From contig OZ361257.1 in the NCBI GenBank assembly GCA_977018835.1, positions 620,001 through 684,000 of the forward strand: 64,000 nt of DNA. The letters are read 5' to 3'. Within the stretch, counting starts at the first letter, position 1. The number at the start of each line of letters is the position of its first letter. A program made the position numbers and the translations under genes. Of this stretch, positions 57,067-64,000 are shown piece after piece. The notes under the pieces were generated by a model. That model made no database searches and was not told the origin of the DNA. It saw only the letters and a list, made by a program, of their open reading frames with translations. Source of the DNA: Minutocellus sp. GHC0000111. Lineage: Eukaryota.

Positions 57067-57270
57067 TCGGCGGCAACTTAACTTGCAAACTTCGAACAAT
57101 GAAATTGCCGCGAGAGCCCTGGAAAATTTTCTGATTCTGAATTTTCAGGTTTTGTCCTTTTGAAAAACGGGCAATCAGTAGTGAAAAACGACACATCTTG
57201 TGGTCGTCGGTCCGGTCGGTATCTTCTACTAGCTACGTAGTCTTGACCCCCACTCGCCCCATCCAAAGCA

Positions 57271-60200
57271 ATGGCCGGCCCGCCCCACTCGAACGCCGCC
57301 ACCCCGTCGGTGCGGTTCGCGTCCAACGTGGCGGGAGCATCAGCCGCCACTTCTGGAGCCGCCTCTGCAGTCGGAGGTGCCGCCGTGCCACCGCCGGTGA
57401 TACCACCGGGCACCGCCAAAAATCACCACGCCCCCTCGGCAGCCGCAGCAGCGGCCACGGCCGCCGCCGCCGGCGAGCCCGACACGGCCCACCTCGACGC
57501 CACGTCGCAAACGTACGCCTCGTTAATTCAGCAGTATCTCTCGGTTTTGTGCTACGAGAATGCCACCTTCTACGCCGAGCGGATGGTGGCGCACAGCCCG
57601 ACCGACGTGGCCGTTTACCTGCTGGCCACGTGCCACTATCGCAGTGGCAACGTGCGGAGGGCCCGGTGCGTCCTCCTGGAGAGGGGGGTCGGTAGCAATA
57701 GCAATAGCAGTGGAGCGCAGTCAAGTGGTGATGATTACATGGGCAATAATGAAGCGGAGAAGAATGCAACCTCCGAAGCAGCCATCGCCTCGGCCTCGGT
57801 CTATCTGCTGGCCAAGTGCTCGTCCGACCTGCGGCTGTACGCCGAGGCCGAGGACGTGCTGCTCCGCCCGTGCCGGTCGGTCTACCGCGCGCTGTATCCC
57901 AACGGCAGTGCCACTACTGCCAATGACACTACTGCCAGCGATGACAACGACAACGACTTTCTCAGCAACCATCCCGACGCCGACCTGGATCGGTGGCTCC
58001 TCACCACCAGTCCCTGTCCCGTCCCCAACGGTGCCGCCGGCCTGGCCCTGCTGGGACACGTCTGCCGCCGATCGGACCGGCCGGCCCGCGCGGCCAGGTA
58101 CTACCGGATGAGTCTGAAGCTGGATCCCATGCTCTGGACGTCCTATGAAGCGCTTTGCGAGATGGGGGCGGCCCATGCCGACGTCGACGATCCCACGGTT
58201 GTGTTTGGGGTGGTGCCGGCGTCGCTGCGGTTCAAGGATGTGGTTTCAGGGGCTGGGGTCATGGATGGGACCGATGGAGGGGGATGGATGTGGAGGGCGA
58301 TGCATCGTCGCCCTCCTTCATCTCCATGGGGGCCTCGCCCGGTGTGGTGGGGGGCGGTGCGCCGACTCCCATGTCCCTCGATGGGGGTGCCGCGGCAGCT
58401 GCTGCCGCAGCGGCTCATGGAGGAGCTGGGGCCGACGTGGACGAATCGTCGGCATCGCTCCTCCCGACCAGGTCGCTGTTTCGATCGGCGGGCGGTGACG
58501 GTCGTCGGGGTGGAGTGGGTGCCGGTGCTGGATCGGGTGCTGGTGGTGCTGCAGCAGTCGGACCATTCGACACTCCCGATTTGACGCCCATTCAACGCCG
58601 GGGTGGGGACGAGGACAGTCGCCGGCAGTATGCCACCCGGTCTCGGCAGAGGAATGGCGGTGGTGGTGGCGGAGGAGGAGGAGGGCCGCCCGAATCCGCC
58701 CGGGCCATGGGTAATGGCGCCGGTGGTGCTCCCCCACCGTCGGCGGGTGGGCCCCGTCGGACTCCGCCAATGACCGGCAACAGCGACGTGGTGTCCCGCG
58801 CTCGGACCGTGGCCAGCCGGTTGTATTATGCCCCCAGTCCCGAAACCACCCCACCGCACATCTTGGGATCTGGATTGGATTCCGGTTCTGCCGTCAAGGC
58901 CCCACCGTCCATCAAGGCGGCGTATTCCGCGCGCAAATCGGCCCGGAAGGCCGGTCGGTACGTTGGACGGGGAGCTCCGCCCCTCCTCGGAGGGCTGGGC
59001 ACCGAGCTGGATTATTCCTCCGCCTCGTCTGTCATGACGGGCGGCGATACCACCGGCAATCGCGGCCGGCTGTCCTTTGGCTCTGCAACCACTGCCGCGT
59101 CGGTCCAGACGCCATTGGGAGAGAGGGCCCTGTTTGCCTCGACTGATGGCGGGGACGCCGCGGGAGAGCACCAGGACCAGAGCTTTGCCGCCGAGGACAG
59201 TATCGCCAGCAGCGACGCCATGGAGATGCCTCCACCTGCCCCTCGCCCCCCTGCCGCATCGGCAACCATTCCTTCAGCGGCCCGAAAGGATTCTGCTGCA
59301 AACCTCGACGGCGAGGAAGAAGACGAATGCGGAACCGGTGAGGATGGAGGAGTTCAAGAGATTCTCGAGATCCTCTGCCTGTTGGGGGCAGCGCAGAGGC
59401 GGCTCTGCGAATATCGATGCCGCGATGCCCTCCGGGTGTACTACAAGCTCCCCCACTCTCAGTTTTACACTGGATATGTTCAGCACCAGGTTGGCCGGGC
59501 CTACTTTGAATTGTCGGATTATCAGAACGCCCAGAAGGCACTGGAGACCATGCAGCGCATCGAGCCGCACCGAATGAAGGGTCTCGAGGTCCTCTCGACG
59601 GCTCTGTGGCACCTGAAGAAGGAGGTGGAGTTGTCCAACCTTGCCCAGCGAGCGATCGACTTTGACCGTCATTCGGCCGAGGCTTGGTGCGTTGTTGGCA
59701 ATTGCTTTTCGTTGCAAAAGGAACACGAAACGGCACTGACATTCTTCCGCCGATCGGTACGCCTCGACCCTTCGTTCACCTACTCCCACACTCTCTCGGG
59801 CCACGAGTATGTGGCGAACGAAGACTTCGATAAGGCGGCCACGTGCTACCGCGATGCTCTTCGAGCCGATGAGCGTCACTATAACGCATGGTATGGTCTG
59901 GGTGCCATCTACTTCCGCCAGGAGAAACACGATCTTGCCGAGTACCACTTCCGCAAGGCTCTGTCGATCAATCCGCAGAGCTCGGTCCTCCGGTGTCACC
60001 TCGGTATGGCGCAGCATGCGAACGGCAGGGCCGAGGATGCACTGGAAACTCTTGCCAGTGCTCTCCGTATCGACCCTCGCAACCCACAAGCCCGGTATCA
60101 GCGAGCAACCATCTACATGGCCATGGACAGGCCTGAGGAAGCCTTGCTTGAGCTGGAGAGGGTGAGGGATGCTGCCCCGAGAGAGGCCAGCGTCCACTTT

Positions 60201-60359
60201 GCCATGGGTCGGGTCCTCAAGCGCCTTGGAAGACCAGAGCAAGCTATGAGATGCTTCCTCACTGCGCTCGATCTTGATCCCAAGGACAACAACTTGATTA
60301 GCAAGACGATGGCTCGATTGGACGAGCCAGATCTTGACGAGGATGAGAGTGAGTTCTAA
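57271..60359 (+). CDS. CDC27: Anaphase-promoting complex subunit 3 (CDC27); frameshift at G5 run 58279-58283 as assembled
   Basis: N-terminal YENATFYAERM...YLLATCHY, SLKLDPMLWTSYEALCEMG; C-terminal TPRs AWCVVGNCFSLQKEHETA, YSHTLSGHEY, RHYNAWYGLG. Confidence 0.93.
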
Positions 60360-60793
60360 AAAGAAGAAACATGGAAATGTGAGAGCGCCCGCCATCATCC
60401 ATATCTGATAATTCTTAGAGGTTCTCTACAGTATTAATCTACGGTACCGTTGCTCGAGAGATGGTTAGGGCTCTGAGCCTTCAAGCTACGTAGTTAGGAT
60501 ACATGTGCCAGTAGACTGACACGGATGGTACACCGCCTTCCGCCAAGGAAGAAGGCGTCCCTTGCTTCCGCCGCCCACACGTACGCCCCCGCTACTACGT
60601 GCAGTCGTACCTAGGCCTAGGTAGCGCTCGCGCGCTCGAGCGAGCTCCTAAGACCATTACGTCATGCTGACGATGACGGGACGGCGGGCCGCGCCATGCC
60701 AGGGCGGCCGCTCTCAGCTGATACGCCACGCCGCGAGTACCACCACACCGCTGCTTGCGCACCCGACGCCAACGCCCAGCACCAGCAAGCACG

Positions 60794-63700
60794 ATGAAGA
60801 GACGGCGAGATATGCAGTCGCCGGGGATCTCACATTGCCGGCCATGCTGGTTGCTTGTCGCGCTCACCGCAGTAGTTGGCGCCACCGCACCCTCCGGCCA
60901 CCAGCAACCCGCATTGACTGACGCACGGACTCACCACCAGCGCCTTGCCAGATTGCCGCTGCGAGCCGCCTTCGCTCGTCGCCAAAGAGGGAGCAAATCA
61001 GATCGGTCAATATTTGCAGGTAGTTCTGTCAACTTTCATATGTTCCGTGGTGGTGGCGACAATGGCTCAAAGGATGAGGCACCGCCGACGACCAGTGCCG
61101 ATGTTGAAGCGCCAGTTGAAGTTGATGAGACTACTACAAGTATTGCTGCAGAGGAGGTAGATGACAAAGCAGATGGCAATCCAACTGATGCAGCTCAACA
61201 AGACGACGCATCCAACGGCGAAAAGCTGAAAAAGATGGCCTATTCGCTGTCGGGAATTACGCGAAAGGTGAATGACGAGGACAATGAGGAGGACGAAGCT
61301 CGCTCGGCGGTCCCTGATAATATTGCAGAGAGCGCTGGTGATTCGGAAGTGCCGAGTGTAGATGACGACGGAATTGCAACTGCACCAACGAGGGAAGATG
61401 ATGTCGTTAATTCATCGAACGTGTCGACCGACGAACCTTATGATGATGTAACCATTGCTGATGGCTCAGATGATACAACGAGTAAACAATTATCACCGCT
61501 TGCCGACCTATCCAACCAACTTCACGAAATACTACTTCGTCACCGGATGCATTTCGAGGAGGAAAGTAAAGAGGTTACCAAGTTGCGCGATCTGATTTTG
61601 GAACGGTGCGAAGAGTACATGGATGACATACAATTGCATGCCGCTGGAGAATCGAAGAAGAAGCCGCGACATCCGCGCAAGCTGTTGCACTTTCTGGCAC
61701 CAAAGATACCAGCGGTCAAGCAATCGCCAGACATTACACTGAGGATTAAATCGGCCAAGGCGGACTTGGACGGAAGTGTGGCTGCCTACGCAATTGGATC
61801 TATCGCCTGCATGACGGAGCTGTTTGATCAGCACACTTCAACCTTGGAGAGCCAAGACTCTGAGGAGGGTAAATCCAAGGACGAGGAAGACGAGAAGGAA
61901 GAGGACGCAGGAAAATCAGATTCGCTTGCATCTGGCGACATTGTATCGGATAGGCGACTGGAACAACTTACCGAGTGCGTTTTGTCAAGCGTTGATGCAA
62001 AGGCAATACTACAAAAGATCGATCGGAAGGATGATGACAACAATAGTGCCGACAAGACTCCAGCATCGCTTGATCCAACCGATAGCCTGTCGGTTCAAGA
62101 CGCTGCGTACGCAGCCTTTGGCCTTGCTTTGCTAGGAGCGCGGGATTTGGGCAAACTTGGTGGGTACAAACCGAGCGAAGTTTTTTCAATCCTCTCACTC
62201 CATTGTAGAGATGTGTTGCTGGCCAAGGAAACACAGATGAAATCGAGGGATTCCGAGGCCATTCAGGATGTTGTCCACGACGTAGCGACCGCTCTCTGGG
62301 CCTTTTCGTGCGTGAAATCGATTTGTGGTTACCGAAGTGACGACCTCTTTGACACATGCTGCTCAATTCTTTTGTTGCAAAAATCAGATTTGAAGCAAAA
62401 TGTTGCCGAAGCTGACGAGCTGGGGGATGAAGAAGTCGAAAGTGGCGACAGTGCTGCTGGCAATAGCACCATTGAATCAGAGACCATCGCAAATGTTACT
62501 GATGTTAAGGCAACCGATCATATCTCGCCAATAACGATCGAAAGTTCGGTTTTGAATCGATTGGGACATAGAGAACTCGTCAACTCTCTTTGGGCACTAG
62601 CAATTCATGGAAGCAGCGACAACAGAGCCCTGCACTGGGCCGAGGATACGAGCAGCAGCTCTCAACCCTCCTCTGAAACGCCCGAAGTTCTTGCCGATCT
62701 ACTAATGGAACGAGTGGGCTGCTTGCTCGGTGACGAGATCGGAAGGCTCTCTGGCGAGGGCGAAAAAGAAGACCAAGGGGGTGATTCCTCGTCCGCAAAT
62801 TCAGTTGACAACCAAAGTAGTGATTCCGAGCAAGATTCTGACCCAGATACTGAGACAGGGGACTCGTTCAATGACAATCAAGGTAATAGTACGAGTATCA
62901 ACGGCGTTCAAGAAATGCTATGCGACGACAAAGGAGCTGGGGATAGTGCTCCAGGAGACGGAGAAGTGATACAGGTCATTAGTGCTGCTGCAATATTGGA
63001 AGAGGAAGCCAGACAACGACAAGATGATGCCAAATCATCGAAGCAGAAGAAGGTATCTGCCAAGAAAAATAACAACAACGAAGAGGTAACAGCGCCAGAA
63101 GCATCAAAAGAAGAGGAGGAGATACCGGAACTCCAGAATGACACCGACGACTCCACCAATGGAGCCCAGAAAGAAGAGCAAGCAGCTCTCGCTGAAGAAA
63201 CCAACGAAAACACGCCATCGCCGCCACAACCGCAATTATCAATCAACGATATGTGCAGCATTGCATGGGCAGCAACAGAGCTTGGCCGCGACGCGAGCGT
63301 TGATATCGTGTGGCGAATCACCATCCTCTTTTGCTACAGCCGCGAGGATGTTACCGCCGTCGGTGGGACGGCGTTATCCAACCTCGCTTGGTCAATTGCC
63401 AAGAATTTAGAGGCTTCCAATGGGAGCAAGCTGAAACCTCACATCAAAACGATTATCGACTGGATCGCCGAATCATCTCTGGAAATACTGTCGAAACAGC
63501 CCAAATACTTGTCAAAAACAGCTACCGGAAAGTGTTTCCATCCTCCTGAATTATCGAGATTGCTATGGTCCCTTAGTTTGATCCAGTCTGCGGAAACAGG
63601 TGTCCTATCTGGCGGCGGCGATACGGCTAATCGCAACCCAGTACTTGCAGCGCTTGCTGCTGAGGCGATGAGAATTACATCGTACGACCTTCCAGTATTC

Positions 63701-64000
63701 AGTGTTGAAGATCTTGCACGTATTCTTTGGGCTTTCACTGAGCTTGGAGATACAGCTTCGGAGGCTGATGTTTTGAGTGGGTCGACAGTTCAGTCTTTTG
63801 GTAGAATCCAGGAGACAATCGAAGCCTCTCTCTTGAGATGGGAAAGTGGCCAAAAGAATGTCACCGCAAGCCAACAGCATGAAGAGGGCGGCCTCTTCAG
63901 TCGGCTTCCTTCGACATTCTTCGGTAGAGCTCGTTCGCGTCGCCTGTCTTTGTTAAACCTCAAAATATCTGATGATGAAGACGACGACGATGGTAAGACA
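60794..64000 (+). CDS. Large signal-peptide-bearing helical-repeat protein (OPR/HPR/RAP-like), 3' end outside the window
   Basis: Frame reads open from MKRRRDMQSPGISHCRPCWLLVALTAVVGATA to the window end (absent from the ORF track, presumably for lack of a stop); repeats DVATALWAFS, ELVNSLWALA, DMCSIAWAAT, LSNLAWSIA, ELSRLLWSL, DLARILWAFT. Confidence 0.75.
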   Translation, partial: MKRRRDMQSPGISHCRPCWLLVALTAVVGATAPSGHQQPALTDARTHHQRLARLPLRAAFARRQRGSKSDRSIFAGSSVNFHMFRGGGDNGSKDEAPPTTSADVEAPVEVDETTTSIAAEEVDDKADGNPTDAAQQDDASNGEKLKKMAYSLSGITRKVNDEDNEEDEARSAVPDNIAESAGDSEVPSVDDDGIATAPTREDDVVNSSNVSTDEPYDDVTIADGSDDTTSKQLSPLADLSNQLHEILLRHRMHFEEESKEVTKLRDLILERCEEYMDDIQLHAAGESKKKPRHPRKLLHFLAPKIPAVKQSPDITLRIKSAKADLDGSVAAYAIGSIACMTELFDQHTSTLESQDSEEGKSKDEEDEKEEDAGKSDSLASGDIVSDRRLEQLTECVLSSVDAKAILQKIDRKDDDNNSADKTPASLDPTDSLSVQDAAYAAFGLALLGARDLGKLGGYKPSEVFSILSLHCRDVLLAKETQMKSRDSEAIQDVVHDVATALWAFSCVKSICGYRSDDLFDTCCSILLLQKSDLKQNVAEADELGDEEVESGDSAAGNSTIESETIANVTDVKATDHISPITIESSVLNRLGHRELVNSLWALAIHGSSDNRALHWAEDTSSSSQPSSETPEVLADLLMERVGCLLGDEIGRLSGEGEKEDQGGDSSSANSVDNQSSDSEQDSDPDTETGDSFNDNQGNSTSINGVQEMLCDDKGAGDSAPGDGEVIQVISAAAILEEEARQRQDDAKSSKQKKVSAKKNNNNEEVTAPEASKEEEEIPELQNDTDDSTNGAQKEEQAALAEETNENTPSPPQPQLSINDMCSIAWAATELGRDASVDIVWRITILFCYSREDVTAVGGTALSNLAWSIAKNLEASNGSKLKPHIKTIIDWIAESSLEILSKQPKYLSKTATGKCFHPPELSRLLWSLSLIQSAETGVLSGGGDTANRNPVLAALAAEAMRITSYDLPVFSVEDLARILWAFTELGDTASEADVLSGSTVQSFGRIQETIEASLLRWESGQKNVTASQQHEEGGLFSRLPSTFFGRARSRRLSLLNLKISDDEDDDDGKT

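Noticed and set aside
58198..58283. Small intron or programmed frameshift explaining the CDC27 frame change
   Set aside because: No good donor site and no slippery heptamer; one extra G in the G5 run gives a natural reading.

Overview
Gene-dense eukaryotic nuclear DNA from a diatom-like stramenopile (short GT-AG introns, bipartite plastid presequences, many head-to-head gene pairs). About 25 protein genes are supported: MARCH6/Doa10-type E3 ligase, PP5, ribonucleotide reductase small subunit, RPS16, a KH/RS protein, an ankyrin protein, a C2-domain protein, ClpP, a tesmin/LIN54-like CXC protein, an alpha-carbonic-anhydrase-like protein, CPSF1, a Janus/PHPT1 phosphatase, a plastid PPR protein, heme oxygenase, SppA, a TMX-type PDI, CDC27 and an OPR/RAP-like ORF running off the end. 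The main structural feature is a near-perfect 1.7-kb inverted duplication (45972-47672 / 51048-52747) flanking the divergent heme oxygenase/sppA pair. It duplicates an intron-containing tRNA-Trp, and a hammerhead-ribozyme-like core lies at its right outer junction. Other observations: coding lesions in five genes (including a 7-codon deletion in RPS16), pervasive intergenic TA-NN-N'N'-TA palindromes resembling Tc1/mariner excision footprints, a CHR-motif cluster upstream of the LIN54-like gene, a signal-peptide-bearing RNR R2, a SAP domain inside CPSF1, and two paralogous spliced ~75-aa membrane microproteins missed by the ORF track. All calls come from reading the sequence by eye; no searches were run.
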